A DNA stretch of 64,000 nucleotides from Nostoc sp. DedSLP01 (GCA_034530875.2 JAVRCJ020000020.1:32001-96000); one strand, 5' to 3'. Positions 11,934-22,738 are shown, counted from the stretch's first letter. The notes: a model not told the origin generated them from the letters alone. A program made the numbers and translations.

Positions 11934-13385
11934 ATGACAATACAGCTGCTCAACGATCGCTATCAAGTTATCCGCACATTAGGCGCTGGTGGGTTTGGTC
12001 AAACCTATCTCGCAGAAGATACCTATATGCCCTCAAAGCGCCTTTGTGTAGTAAAACAGCTAAGACCGATTCATAATAATCCCCAGATTTACCAGATAGT
12101 TCAAGAAAGGTTTCAACGGGAAGCAGCTATTTTAGAAGAACTAGGCGGCGCAAATGACCAAATTCCAGCGTTGTATGCCTATTTTTCTTCAGGCGGGGAA
12201 TTTTATTTAGTTCAGGAATGGGTTGAAGGCGATACCCTAACTGCAAAAGTCCAAAAGCAAGGGCTATTTAGTGAAACCGCTGTTCGGGAATTATTCATCA
12301 ATATCTTACCTGTCCTCGATTACGTCCACTCGAAAAACATCGTTCACCGCGATATTAAACCCGATAACATTATCGTGCGCCATCGCGACAGTAAGCCCGT
12401 GCTAATTGATTTTGGTGCCGTGCGGGAATCAATGGGAACTGTAGTGAATTCCCAAGGCAATCCTACCAGTTCCATTGTCATTGGCACACCTGGGTATATG
12501 CCCAGCGAACAAGCCGCAGGTAGACCAGTTTATTCCAGCGATTTATATAGTTTGGGAATGACAGTAATTTATTTACTGACTGGAAGAGTCGCGCAACAAC
12601 TAGAGACAGATTCCCAGACTGGTGAAATTGTTTGGCGACAGTATGCCAGTCATATTAGCCCAACGATCGCAGAAGTAATCGATCGCGCCATTGCATATCA
12701 TCCACGCGATCGCTACCCCACAGCAAGAGCAATGCTAGATGCTTTGCAAAATCCAATTCCCCCGACGCAACCCGTCTTGACTCAAGCAACTGTAGTATCT
12801 GCACCATCACCTCAGACAGTCCACTCTCAGCCACAGCCGAACCCTCAAAATAATAGTCAGAATAATATCCTCATCGGCAGTTTAATTGCAGGTGGATTAA
12901 TCGGTGGATCTGTAATTATCGGTCAAATGGTGACAAAATCACCTCAACAGACAACAGATAAAACAGTATTCTCTTCACCAACACCGTCAACTGTCCCTAG
13001 TCCAGCAATTGAAACTCCTCAATTTACACCAACTCCATCTATTCCTACTCAATCTACACCTTCTCCAACTCCATTAATAACGCCAGCTGATAACACTACT
13101 ATTAATACTTATTTTTGGCTTACCCAAAGACGCGTTACTGATGCAGATTTAGATGGTAAAAGCGGTTTTGAATTAGATATTATGCGAAATTCAATATTTG
13201 CTAGCCACGGACGCCGTTTTGACACACCTGAATTACAAGATTACTTTAATAACCAACCTTGGTATCGTCCAATATATTCACCAAAAGAATTTCCACCGAA
13301 ACTGCTGACAAGATTAGAGCAACAGAATGTAGAGTATATCAACAAATATCAAGACCGTTATGGGTTGAGATATTTTAAGAAATAA
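11934..13385 (+). CDS. Membrane Ser/Thr protein kinase with C-terminal YARHG-like domain
   Basis: LGAGGFG, HRDIKPDN, DFG and GTPGY; one TM helix; Pro/Thr linker; LDIMRNSIFASHGRRF...YFNNQPWY. Confidence 0.92.
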   Translation: MTIQLLNDRYQVIRTLGAGGFGQTYLAEDTYMPSKRLCVVKQLRPIHNNPQIYQIVQERFQREAAILEELGGANDQIPALYAYFSSGGEFYLVQEWVEGDTLTAKVQKQGLFSETAVRELFINILPVLDYVHSKNIVHRDIKPDNIIVRHRDSKPVLIDFGAVRESMGTVVNSQGNPTSSIVIGTPGYMPSEQAAGRPVYSSDLYSLGMTVIYLLTGRVAQQLETDSQTGEIVWRQYASHISPTIAEVIDRAIAYHPRDRYPTARAMLDALQNPIPPTQPVLTQATVVSAPSPQTVHSQPQPNPQNNSQNNILIGSLIAGGLIGGSVIIGQMVTKSPQQTTDKTVFSSPTPSTVPSPAIETPQFTPTPSIPTQSTPSPTPLITPADNTTINTYFWLTQRRVTDADLDGKSGFELDIMRNSIFASHGRRFDTPELQDYFNNQPWYRPIYSPKEFPPKLLTRLEQQNVEYINKYQDRYGLRYFKK

Positions 13386-13570
13386 ATTGAAGGAGAATTC
13401 AGAATTCAGAATCAATAGACCTGCCTTGAAAATAGGGACTCTTTACTGGTGACTGGTGACTAGGAAAGAAATATTTTCATTCCTTCGTTATGAATTGTAT
13501 TCATGAAGTCTCTTGCATAAATATTGTACAAACAAGGGTTAACCCAAGTCTTTCCTCTCCACTCCAGCCC

Positions 13571-14419
13571 TTACAGTTGCCTAATCGCCATCTCTAAACC
13601 CTCACATACGGCGCTAAGAAAATCTAAATCCAAACTAGCAACTGTGTCGCTAGGTTTGTGATAATGTGGATTTCGTAAAAATGCCGTATCTGTGACCATC
13701 ATTGCTGGATAACCCAAATCCCAAAAAGATGCATGGTCGCTAAGTCTGGTTTGCGGAACTATTAAACCTCTATTTGGCACGGGTAGCCACTGACTAGATA
13801 CGCCGGCTTGGCGAATACTACGACTCATCGTAATTAAGTCGCCAATTGTCCGCCAATTGCCAATTAAAGCAATAAAATTACCGCTATTAGGGTAGAAGCG
13901 ATCCAAAAAAGGCGGGTAAGTTTGAGAGCCAGGTGTAGAGTCTTTATAACCCAGCATTTCTAGGGAAATCATTAAACGTAGTTGTTGGTTTTGTTCGCGC
14001 AACAAAGCTGCATAGTCAGCACTACCCAATAAGCCATATTCTTCCATATCGAAAGCGACCAGCCTTAAGGGATATCTGACTGGTTCGGCAGCAAACTTTC
14101 TGGCTAATTCCAGCAACACTGCTACACCTGTGGCATTATCATCGGCGCCTGGCGTTCCAGGAACAGCATCATAATGAGCGCCGATTAAAATAGGCGGCAA
14201 ATCTTTTTTTTGCGGTCTAGCCTGGGAAGGTAAATTTAAAATCAAATTCTTATGAGTTTTACCCCTAACTTGGAAGGTGTGGATTTCCACACTTCCCCAT
14301 TGGGAAAATTGCTGGCGAATATATTCTTGAACAAAAAAGTGGCCAGCTGTGGCGATGTAAGGATCGCGTTCTCGCGCTATCTCATTGAGGGAAGTTTGTA
14401 ATCGCTCTGTTAAATTCAA
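13571..14419 (-). CDS. M28 family metallopeptidase
   Basis: IGAHYD, PGADDNATG, FDMEEYGLLGS, SDH and YHKPSD motifs. Confidence 0.9.
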   Translation of the reverse strand: MNLTERLQTSLNEIARERDPYIATAGHFFVQEYIRQQFSQWGSVEIHTFQVRGKTHKNLILNLPSQARPQKKDLPPILIGAHYDAVPGTPGADDNATGVAVLLELARKFAAEPVRYPLRLVAFDMEEYGLLGSADYAALLREQNQQLRLMISLEMLGYKDSTPGSQTYPPFLDRFYPNSGNFIALIGNWRTIGDLITMSRSIRQAGVSSQWLPVPNRGLIVPQTRLSDHASFWDLGYPAMMVTDTAFLRNPHYHKPSDTVASLDLDFLSAVCEGLEMAIRQL

Positions 14420-14678
14420 ATTTATGAACTATTTAGCAATTTTATAGATAGAGTAAACAGAATTAGCTAGATAACAAGTATTGAAGCTGCTTGGACACAC
14501 CAAGCATCGTCAATGCTATCCTAGTCTTGCAACTATCTCGTCTAGCTTAACTTCTTAACTTACTACCTTAATGACGACTATTATACCATTGAGGTGTTTT
14601 TACCCTATAGCACAAAGCTAGAGGTAGTTCCACCCAATCATAATAAATATATAAGACACTTTAGGAGAAGAGTAACGC

Positions 14679-16754
14679 ATGGGCAAGGTAGTCGGCATCG
14701 ACTTGGGTACAACCAACTCAGTAGTCGCCGTGATGGAGGGTGGCAAGCCGGTGGTGATTGCCAATGCTGAAGGAATGCGAACAACCCCCTCCGTGGTTGG
14801 CTTTAGCAAAGATGGTGAAAGGGTGGTTGGGCAAATGGCACGGCGACAAACCGTCCTCAATCCCCAAAATACCTTTTTTGCAGTCAAGCGGTTTATTGGG
14901 CGCAAGTATGGCGAACTCAGCCCAGAATCAAAGCGCGTACCCTACACGATTCGCAAAGACGAAGTAGGTAATATCAAAATAGCTTGTCCTCGTCTGAATA
15001 AAGATTTTGCCCCAGAAGAAATTTCAGCAATGGTGCTGAAAAAATTAGCCGACGATGCTAGTCGCTATTTGGGCGAACCTGTGACCGGGGCAGTGATTAC
15101 AGTACCAGCTTATTTTAACGACTCTCAGCGACAAGCGACCCGCGATGCTGGCAGAATTGCTGGTTTAGAAGTATTGCGGATTCTTAACGAACCGACTGCT
15201 GCATCTTTGGCTTATGGATTAGATCGGGGTGACACGGAAACTATTTTAGTATTTGACTTGGGTGGCGGCACATTTGACGTGTCGATTCTGGAAGTAGGCG
15301 ATGGCATATTTGAAGTGAAAGCCACCAGTGGAGACACGCAGCTTGGTGGCAATGATTTTGACAAAGTAATAGTAGATTGGTTAGCAGAGCAATTTCTAGA
15401 AACAGAAGGTGTAGACTTAAGACGCGATCGCCAAGCTTTGCAACGTCTGATGGAAGCTGCCGAAAAAGCCAAAATTGAACTTTCTGCTGTCAGCGTCACC
15501 GATATTAACTTACCTTTTATTGCCGCGGACCAGGAAGGCCCCAAACATCTGGAAACTCGGCTGACTCGTTCCCAGTTTGAAGGTTTATGCGGTGATTTAA
15601 TTGGGCGATTGCGGACGCCAGTTAAACGCGCCCTCAAAGATGCCGGACTCACGCCTAGAAATATTGAAGAAGTTGTATTAGTTGGCGGTTCTACAAGAAT
15701 GCCGATGGTGAAGCAGCTAGTACGCGACTTGATTGGCATCGAACCCAATGAAAACGTCAACCCCGATGAAGTGGTAGGAGTGGGTGCAGCCATTCAAGCA
15801 GGCATTCTTGCAGGCGAACTCAAAGATGTCTTGCTTTTAGATGTTACACCGCTATCTTTGGGACTGGAAACTATCGGCGGCGTGATGAAAAAACTGATTC
15901 CCCGCAATACCACCATCCCAGTACGCCGATCTGATATATTTTCGACATCGGAAAATAATCAAAATACTGTGGAAATTCACGTAGTCCAGGGCGAACGAGA
16001 CATGGCAGCAAATAACAAGTCTTTAGGACGGTTTAAGCTGTATGGTATCCCGCCAGCCCCACGCGGTATTCCGCAAATTCAAGTATCCTTTGATATCGAT
16101 GCCAACGGCATTTTACAGGTAACAGCTTTAGATAGAACCACTGGTAGAGAACAGAGTATCACCATTCAAGGCGCTTCTACCTTGACCGAATCCGAAGTAA
16201 ATCGCATGATTCAGGATGCTCAAAAATACGCCGATGTTGACCGGGAACGTAAAGAACGAGTAGAAAAGCGGACTCGTTCCGAGGCGTTGATTTTCCAAGC
16301 AGAACGGCAACTCAGAGAAGTAGCCTTGGAATTTGGTATGCAGTTTGCCCGCAACCGCCGCCAAAGAATTGATAATATTTGCCAAGAATTACGAGAAAGC
16401 CTCAAAGAAAATGACGATCGCGGTATTGACCAAGCCTACGCCGACCTACAAGATGCTTTATATGAGTTAAATCGAGAAGTTCGTCAGTATTACGCTGAAG
16501 ACGAAGACGACGATTTGTTTGGTACTATCCGCGACATCTTTACTGGGGGCGAGAAAGAACGGGAACGCGACTCTTTTAGAGATACATATCGCGATCGCGA
16601 CTCATATAGTAGAGACTATAGCAGAGACCGAGACTATGGCAGAGACTATAACCGAGATAACCGTTCTTCCTCCTATGAAAACCGTCCTCCACGCAAATCT
16701 CGTCCAAGTTACCAAGATAACTGGGATGATGAAGAAGACAATGATTGGTTGTAG
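14679..16754 (+). CDS. dnaK: Molecular chaperone DnaK, cyanobacterial paralog with RD-rich tail
   Basis: [17 protein letters not shown] and LVGGSTR; tail with [16 protein letters not shown] ending in DDEEDNDWL. Confidence 0.97.
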   Translation: MGKVVGIDLGTTNSVVAVMEGGKPVVIANAEGMRTTPSVVGFSKDGERVVGQMARRQTVLNPQNTFFAVKRFIGRKYGELSPESKRVPYTIRKDEVGNIKIACPRLNKDFAPEEISAMVLKKLADDASRYLGEPVTGAVITVPAYFNDSQRQATRDAGRIAGLEVLRILNEPTAASLAYGLDRGDTETILVFDLGGGTFDVSILEVGDGIFEVKATSGDTQLGGNDFDKVIVDWLAEQFLETEGVDLRRDRQALQRLMEAAEKAKIELSAVSVTDINLPFIAADQEGPKHLETRLTRSQFEGLCGDLIGRLRTPVKRALKDAGLTPRNIEEVVLVGGSTRMPMVKQLVRDLIGIEPNENVNPDEVVGVGAAIQAGILAGELKDVLLLDVTPLSLGLETIGGVMKKLIPRNTTIPVRRSDIFSTSENNQNTVEIHVVQGERDMAANNKSLGRFKLYGIPPAPRGIPQIQVSFDIDANGILQVTALDRTTGREQSITIQGASTLTESEVNRMIQDAQKYADVDRERKERVEKRTRSEALIFQAERQLREVALEFGMQFARNRRQRIDNICQELRESLKENDDRGIDQAYADLQDALYELNREVRQYYAEDEDDDLFGTIRDIFTGGEKERERDSFRDTYRDRDSYSRDYSRDRDYGRDYNRDNRSSSYENRPPRKSRPSYQDNWDDEEDNDWL

Positions 16755-16877
16755 TTTTTGAAAAAAGTTAGGAGTTAAGAGTTAAAACTGAAAACTGAAA
16801 ACTTTCAACTCCTCACTCCTAACTCCTCACTCCTAACTTTTAATTAATTCAAAATCTAAAATTTAAATAACTAAGCT

Positions 16878-17873
16878 ATGCAGAATTTGCAGAATTTCCG
16901 CGATTACTACGAAATTTTAGGAGTATCTAAAGACGCCTCAAGCGAAGAAATTAAAAAGGTTTATCGGCGATTAGCAAGACAATATCACCCCGATCTTAAC
17001 CCTGGAAATAAAGCAGCCGAGGAAAAATTTAAGGATATCGGCGAGGCTTATGAAGTGCTTTCAGATCCAGCCAAGCGATCGCAATACGATCAGTTTAGCC
17101 GCTATTGGAAGCAAAAAGGCTTTGCAGGCAATAAACAGACGCCAAAAGGTAAAAGCTGGCAAACTGGCACTAACGGTCGCAATGATAATCAAGACGTAGA
17201 TCCAAGTCAGTTTTCCGACTTTGAAAGCTTTATTAATCAAGTTATCGGCGTCAAAAATCAAAATGGCGCAAGTAAATCTAACAATGGCGCTACTAGCGAT
17301 CCGTTTCGTTCGCCGAGAACAAAAGTTGCCTATACAGTTAATACCCCACCGCGCGTTGCCCGTAGAGATATAGAAGCCAGATTAACTCTACCATTAGAAA
17401 AAGCTTATCAAGGTGGTAACGAACGTATTCGTCTAGAAGATGGGCGATCGTTAGAAGTTAATATGCCTCCAGCGATGGTTACAGGTCAAACTATTCGTTT
17501 GCGAAATCAAGGCGTTGGTGGTGGCGACTTATACTTAAAAATTACTGTTGAGCCTCATGCATTGTTTAAGCTCGATGGTTTCAACATCCTCTGTCAAGTA
17601 CCTGTGACTCCCAGCGAAGCAGTTTTAGGAGGACAGGTAGAAGCACCTACCCTCGATGGCCCGGTAAAAATGACGATTCCTCCCGGAGTTAGGTCTGGGC
17701 AAAAATTTAGATTAGGTAACAAAGGCTACCCTAATGATGATGGAAAACGTGGCGATCAATTGGTGGAAATTCAGATAGTTACACCGAAAAATATTAGTCA
17801 AGAAGAACGGGAACTTTACGAAAAATTGCGGCAAATTGAAACCTTTAAACCCCGCGCTGACTTAATAAGTTAG
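16878..17873 (+). CDS. dnaJ: Type II DnaJ (CbpA-like; J domain plus C-terminal domain, no zinc finger)
   Basis: [11 protein letters not shown] and GDLYL; directly downstream of dnaK. Confidence 0.88.
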   Translation: MQNLQNFRDYYEILGVSKDASSEEIKKVYRRLARQYHPDLNPGNKAAEEKFKDIGEAYEVLSDPAKRSQYDQFSRYWKQKGFAGNKQTPKGKSWQTGTNGRNDNQDVDPSQFSDFESFINQVIGVKNQNGASKSNNGATSDPFRSPRTKVAYTVNTPPRVARRDIEARLTLPLEKAYQGGNERIRLEDGRSLEVNMPPAMVTGQTIRLRNQGVGGGDLYLKITVEPHALFKLDGFNILCQVPVTPSEAVLGGQVEAPTLDGPVKMTIPPGVRSGQKFRLGNKGYPNDDGKRGDQLVEIQIVTPKNISQEERELYEKLRQIETFKPRADLIS

Positions 17874-18136
17874 TTTTCATCTTGAAAAATAGTTTCTACA
17901 TCTTGCGAACCATGTAAGATACGTAAAATTTCTATGGCTTCATCTATTGGACGATAACAAATTAAATAATTTTTAACCCAAAAACTTCGCAAAAAAATTA
18001 CCCAATTCAGGTCTTGGTTTGCCCATTTGCGAAAATTTCGCCACCTTCAGAGAACTTTCTCATTGCCAAACGATTTAAAATATAAAAAATATCTTTGAGC
18101 AAGGTGACTCAAACAGCCGTGAATCAGAAAGGGACA

Positions 18137-18700
18137 ATGGCACAAAGCAGTGAACCAACTTATTACTCCCTGCTAGGACTGCATCCCTCGGCATCCGTAA
18201 TCGATATTCGTAGGGCTTATCGGCAACTGAGCAAACGCTATCATCCTGATACTACAGAATTGCCTGCTGCTGTAGCTATTGCCAAATTTCAGCAACTTAA
18301 TGAAGCCTACGCCACCCTAAGCCATCCAGAACGTCGGTTAAACTACGATTTAAAAATTGGCTATTCCCGCTTTGGCGTGATTCAAGCACCGTCTGATTTG
18401 AATCATCCAGTCTCGCCCTCTTATGACTTCTCAAAATCAGCTTATCTCGATGCCAGCGATCGCCCGCTTTCATCTGGGGAAATCTTCGCTTTATTTATAC
18501 TGGTGTTAACATTTGTAGGTTGCCTCGTATTAGCAGTTGCCATTGGCTTGACTCGTGGTGATACTGCTTTTAAAACGTCTTTGCAGCAAACAACTCCTTC
18601 TGTACAGCAGAATTTAGAATGGGCTACGCCCCGCTACGCTAACAAAATTGAGAATGGGCTACGCCCCGCTACGCTAACAGAATTCAGAATCCACAAGTAA
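18137..18700 (+). CDS. J-domain membrane protein
   Basis: YYSLLGL, YHPD and a C-terminal TM helix. Start could be as early as 18095. Confidence 0.88.
   Translation: MAQSSEPTYYSLLGLHPSASVIDIRRAYRQLSKRYHPDTTELPAAVAIAKFQQLNEAYATLSHPERRLNYDLKIGYSRFGVIQAPSDLNHPVSPSYDFSKSAYLDASDRPLSSGEIFALFILVLTFVGCLVLAVAIGLTRGDTAFKTSLQQTTPSVQQNLEWATPRYANKIENGLRPATLTEFRIHK
18616..18679 (+). repeat. Two tandem copies of the 29-bp SDR-type element AGAATGGGCTACGCCCCGCTACGCTAACA
   Basis: Identical copies at 18616-18644 and 18651-18679. Confidence 0.85.
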
Positions 18701-18837
18701 AACAGGCTTAATGCCTGGTACAAAACTCAGTTTGTGTAGTTCACACTTTTTGAAATTAGGTGTAATTTACCTAATACTAAGTTGAATATTAAAAATTAAA
18801 AAATTTCCTAATCTCAAATCCAAAATCCAAAATTATT

Positions 18838-19110
18838 ATGTCTCTTCTTCCCCCAGATACACCTTTATACAATCATCCCCTGCCACAAATTGAACAGTGG
18901 TTAAAAGACCAAGGTTGTCAACAAGACGAAACACAGAGGCATTGCTGGCGCGTGCAGCGGCCTAGCTGGCAAGCCGAACTTTGGCTCGATGTCGAGCAAA
19001 TTGTAGTGCGATATATTCAATCTGCGGAAAATGGGCAAGATATCCAACGCTCATTCAAGTATTCCCTCAGTCGGGAAGATATAGAACAAGCTGTTTTTTC
19101 TGGGCCATAA
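18838..19110 (+). CDS. DUF3143 family protein
   Basis: TPLYNHPLPQIEQWL...FKYSLSREDIEQAVFSGP. Confidence 0.88.
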   Translation: MSLLPPDTPLYNHPLPQIEQWLKDQGCQQDETQRHCWRVQRPSWQAELWLDVEQIVVRYIQSAENGQDIQRSFKYSLSREDIEQAVFSGP

Positions 19111-19202
19111 GGGTAAGTACTGAATACATTACCCTTGCAAAACAGTTCGAGAAAAGCGATCGCTCATTATAAACTAGTTTGAGAAGTATTAAGTAAATCT
19201 TA

Positions 19203-19287
19203 GACTAAAGTCGATGGCGATCGCATTTCCACAAATTATAAAATATGGTAATTAAAAACACCTGGAAGTAGAAATCAGGGCTTTACC
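19203..19287 (+). repeat. 85-bp direct repeat, copy 1 (upstream leader/promoter of the DUF4157 gene)
   Basis: 70/85 ungapped identity to 20758-20842; contains HIP1 and a TAAAAT -10-like box. Confidence 0.85.
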
Positions 19288-19308
19288 AACTAATGGAGAA
19301 ATAGTGAG

Positions 19309-20682
19309 ATGAGCGATCGCACGTTTGGGCGCCAGAAAATAGCTACATCAACTTCTTCAAGTCCTTCCCTTGTCTCACGACATACTCCGACGTTGGCGAA
19401 TCCAGTGCGAGGCTTTGGTTTACCAACCAATAATATAATCCAAACAGCAACAGAAGAATCAACCAACTTTCAACAAGGGCAGTCTCCTAGCGAACAATCC
19501 TCGTTATCACAACCCATTGAGCAACGCTCTTTTGGTCACGACATTAGCCGCATAGCATTGCGTCGTCCCCAAGCAAAATTGATGGTGGGAGAACCAGGGG
19601 ACAAATATGAGCAGCAAGCAGAGCAAGTGGCAAATCAGGTGATGCGGATGGCTGTGCCAAACAAACTTAACACTCCTAGCGTGGAGTCCCCACAAGACTC
19701 CTTGCAACGCAAATGTGCAGCTTGCGAACAGGAAGAAGATAAAGTACAAACTAAGTCATCCCCACAACAAGCTAACGACCGAGGCTTTGAGGCAGGGGAT
19801 AATGTTGAAAGTCGGCTTAATAGCACTAAAGGTGGGGGAAGCCCGTTGCCAAATGAAGTCCGCAGCTTCATGGAACCACGCTTTGGTACTGATTTTAGTC
19901 AGGTGCGGGTACATACCGACAGCGAAGCTGTGCAAATGAATCAGGATTTGAGCGCTCAAGCATTTACATACAAACACAACATTTACTTTGGTGCTGGGAA
20001 GGCTCCTGCAAAGGATACTTTGACTGCTCATGAATTAACTCATGTAGTGCAGCAAACAGGTGGAGTTCAGCTAAACCAAGCTTCTAAGCCATCGGTACAG
20101 ATGAAATGTTCGGATTTGGAAACAGAAGAGGTAGGGCTACAGCGAGCAATCAAAGTATCTGCTGCTCCAATAGAATCGATACAGCGAGAGACCATATGCG
20201 ATGACACTGGGTGTCACGAGGAACTAGACCCAGTAACCATTGAAGGTGACCCCAATGCACCTATTGAACTAGATCCAGTAACCATTGAAGGCGACCCCAA
20301 TGCACCTATTGAACTAGACCCAGTAATCATTGAAGGCGAGGCTAATCCATCTGTAAATACAGATACAGGTAATCTTCCTGGTACGGATTTAAATAGTTGT
20401 GTTGAGCAAATTGATGAAGATGTAGCAGCTTGTGCAGACGAAGTTAATAAAGCTTGTGCGCTTAAAGGTGCCGCTGAAACTGCCGCAGGTGCGGTGGGAG
20501 GAGCGCTCATAGGCTCAATAGGAGGGCCTGTGGGTGCTGGAATTGGGGGCATGATTGGCACAGTTGCAGGGGGTGTTTATGGTGCGCTTGATTACGGAGA
20601 TTGTGTTAAGGAACAGAATAAGGGCTGCCGAGATGCTGGCAAGCTGTCTAAGAAAAAATGCGCGCAGCAATTTTCCAACTGA
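19309..20682 (+). CDS. DUF4157 (eCIS core domain) protein with a Cys-flanked glycine-zipper C-terminus; putative secreted effector
   Basis: QAKLMVGEPGDKYEQQAE, LQRKCAAC, GGSPLPNEVRSFMEPRFGTDFSQVRVHTD and AHELTHVVQQ; GGAG RBS upstream. Confidence 0.9.
   Translation: MSDRTFGRQKIATSTSSSPSLVSRHTPTLANPVRGFGLPTNNIIQTATEESTNFQQGQSPSEQSSLSQPIEQRSFGHDISRIALRRPQAKLMVGEPGDKYEQQAEQVANQVMRMAVPNKLNTPSVESPQDSLQRKCAACEQEEDKVQTKSSPQQANDRGFEAGDNVESRLNSTKGGGSPLPNEVRSFMEPRFGTDFSQVRVHTDSEAVQMNQDLSAQAFTYKHNIYFGAGKAPAKDTLTAHELTHVVQQTGGVQLNQASKPSVQMKCSDLETEEVGLQRAIKVSAAPIESIQRETICDDTGCHEELDPVTIEGDPNAPIELDPVTIEGDPNAPIELDPVIIEGEANPSVNTDTGNLPGTDLNSCVEQIDEDVAACADEVNKACALKGAAETAAGAVGGALIGSIGGPVGAGIGGMIGTVAGGVYGALDYGDCVKEQNKGCRDAGKLSKKKCAQQFSN
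20221..20340 (+). repeat. 45-bp coding tandem repeat, about 2.7 copies (ELDPVTIEGDPNAPI)
   Basis: Units start at 20221, 20266 and 20311. Confidence 0.9.
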
Positions 20683-20757
20683 TTTTGGATTAAAATGCTT
20701 TATTACAAACCTGTTTCCAGAATTTCAAACAATACATCCTATCCAAATTTGGTATTC

Positions 20758-20842
20758 GACTAGAGTCGATAGCGATCGCATTTTCAAAAATTGTAAAATG
20801 TGCTATCAACAAATGCCTGAAAGTTGAAATCAGGGCTTTACC
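20758..20842 (+). repeat. 85-bp direct repeat, copy 2 (no gene follows)
   Basis: 70/85 ungapped identity to 19203-19287. Confidence 0.85.
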
Positions 20843-20899
20843 CACCAAAGAAGGAAGGGTAATATCAAATCCTGGTTGACTACCCTCTTTTTTAAAAAA

Positions 20900-21025
20900 G
20901 CAGGGGGAGATGAGGAGATGAGGGAGTGTGGGGAGAGAAGGGGGAAAGATTTCTTCCCCATCTTCCTACACCTCCCACACCTCCCACACTTCCCCATCCT
21001 CCCACACCTCCTGCTTGCCCCAATC
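20900..21025. repeat. Composite STRR element (inverted copy)
   Basis: GGGGAAAGATTTCTTCCCCATCTTCCTACACCTCCCACAC is the near reverse complement of the core in the 2201-2333 element. Confidence 0.85.
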
Positions 21026-21026
21026 C

Positions 21027-21776
21027 CTAAACTTTTCCAAACCGTCGCTCCCGTTGCTGGTAAGCACACAAAGCGCGGTGAAATTCAGCTCGGTCAAAAT
21101 CCGGCCACAAAGTATCAGTGATGTAAATTTCTCCGTAAGCCATTTGCCAAAGCAGGAAATTAGAAAGACGCATTTCTCCACTTGTGCGAATTAACAAATC
21201 TGGGTCAGTAATTCCCGCTGTATACAAATGACTTTCAAATATTTGTTCGTCAATTTCATCAGGTTGTAGTAAACCTTGTTGGACTTGTTTGGCGATCGCT
21301 CGACAAGCTTGTAAAATTTCTTGGCGTCCGCCATAATTAGTTGCCACTGAAAACCGAATCGCCCGGTTATTTTTGGTTTCTTCCATCGAACGGGATATTT
21401 CTTGTTGGAGCGATCGCGGCAAGGCTTGTAAATTTCCCACAAACTTGATTTGCACGTTCTCTTCAACCATTTCCCGCAATTCTTGACGTAAAACTTTTTG
21501 GAAAAGAGTCATCAAAAAATCTACCTCTTCCTGGGGTCTTTTCCAGTTCTCGGTGGAAAAAGCATAAGCTGTTAGCGCCTGGATTCCCCAATCTTTGCAG
21601 CAACGAAGCAAATCTTTGAGAGCATCGACTCCTCGTTTATGACCCATAATCCGCGGTAGACCTTGACGTTTCGCCCATCGACCATTGCCATCCATAATCA
21701 CCGCAACGTGCTGGGGCAATAGTTCTGGTTTTAAATCAGTGGGCAAATCTTGGAATTTAGTTTGTTGTAGTGTCAT
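21027..21776 (-). CDS. uppS: Isoprenyl transferase (undecaprenyl diphosphate synthase)
   Basis: [44 protein letters not shown] and ERRFG. Confidence 0.96.
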   Translation of the reverse strand: MTLQQTKFQDLPTDLKPELLPQHVAVIMDGNGRWAKRQGLPRIMGHKRGVDALKDLLRCCKDWGIQALTAYAFSTENWKRPQEEVDFLMTLFQKVLRQELREMVEENVQIKFVGNLQALPRSLQQEISRSMEETKNNRAIRFSVATNYGGRQEILQACRAIAKQVQQGLLQPDEIDEQIFESHLYTAGITDPDLLIRTSGEMRLSNFLLWQMAYGEIYITDTLWPDFDRAEFHRALCAYQQRERRFGKV

Positions 21777-22696
21777 TTTTTATCTCGAGAAGCGGTCGAT
21801 GGTAATCCCAGTAAACGTGAAACCAATGCTAGTGCCTTGGCGCCTATCTGACGAGCAAAGCTCAAAAGACCAGGAGCAACAGCTTCCCGATCCACAGTTG
21901 GGGACAACAAAGCCTCTAATGACTCTTTCAGTTTCCGAATTGTCAGTGGTCTATTTAGGGTTCCCCGTTCCGCTAAGGAAATAGAACCTGTTTCTTCAGA
22001 TACAACCACACAAATGCAGTTTTCGACCCGTTCAGTAATTCCCATAGCCGCCCGATGGCGTGTTCCCAACTGGCGCGAGGCTGTGCGTCCCGAAAGCGGT
22101 AAAATTATACCTGATGCTACAATCCGCGAACCACGGATTAATGTTGCTCCATCGTGTAACAAAGTTTTCGGCTGAAAAATCGTCTGAATCAGTTCTTTAG
22201 AAACTTCTGCGTTTAACTTTACTCCTGGCACAGAAAAATCCCGTTCATCAATTGGGCCTGTGGTTTCCAAAATCAGTAAAGCTCCAATGCGGTTTTTTGA
22301 CAATTCTTTAACAGCTTCAACAATTTCATCAATTACACTATCAGATTTGGGGATTGCCAAACGATTGGGTTGAAACAGCTGGCGGAATTCGCCGCGTCCC
22401 AATTGTTCTAAAAACCGCCGAAATTCTGACTGGAGAGCAACAGCCATCGCTACAGCACAACCAATCACCAATTTTTCCAAAACAAAATTTAGCAGAGGTA
22501 GGCCAAATCTGCCACTGAGTGCCGAGGCTAGCATTAAAACAATGAATCCCCGCACCATCCATAGTGTCCGGCGCTCGCTAATAATAACTAGTATCATGTA
22601 CGTCAGCGCCAGGACTAACACAATATCCAGAGTCCCAAGCAGCAAGGACTGTGACCATCCCAGGTTTATCAGCCATTGCTTCCACCAATCTCTCAT
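21773..22696 (-). CDS. cdaA: Diadenylate cyclase CdaA
   Basis: Three N-terminal TM helices; LHDGA and GTRHRAA DAC motifs; 4-nt overlap with uppS. Confidence 0.95.
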   Translation of the reverse strand: MRDWWKQWLINLGWSQSLLLGTLDIVLVLALTYMILVIISERRTLWMVRGFIVLMLASALSGRFGLPLLNFVLEKLVIGCAVAMAVALQSEFRRFLEQLGRGEFRQLFQPNRLAIPKSDSVIDEIVEAVKELSKNRIGALLILETTGPIDERDFSVPGVKLNAEVSKELIQTIFQPKTLLHDGATLIRGSRIVASGIILPLSGRTASRQLGTRHRAAMGITERVENCICVVVSEETGSISLAERGTLNRPLTIRKLKESLEALLSPTVDREAVAPGLLSFARQIGAKALALVSRLLGLPSTASRDKK

Positions 22697-22738
22697 GACA
22701 TCTGGATTAAACTTTTGCCTCTAATTACGGTTAGTCAT

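Noticed and set aside
14618..16405. Antisense ORFs within dnaK (for example 15212-15793)
   Set aside because: Typical antisense open frames of a conserved, codon-biased gene. The same applies to those in clpC and the kinases.
16560..16754. RD-rich repeats in the DnaK tail as a novelty
   Set aside because: An extended charged tail is expected for this cyanobacterial DnaK paralog.
19203..20842. 85-bp repeat pair as a DGR TR/VR pair or as att sites
   Set aside because: The mismatches are not confined to adenines of one copy, both copies are non-coding, and there is no RT or integrase in the window. Kept only as a cassette-leader hypothesis.
20555..21194. ORFs 20555-20827, 20830-21069, 20876-21121, 20928-21194 and 20966-21181 as immunity or other genes
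   Set aside because: They overlap the DUF4157 gene or uppS, or are translations of STRR repeats; low complexity and no RBS.
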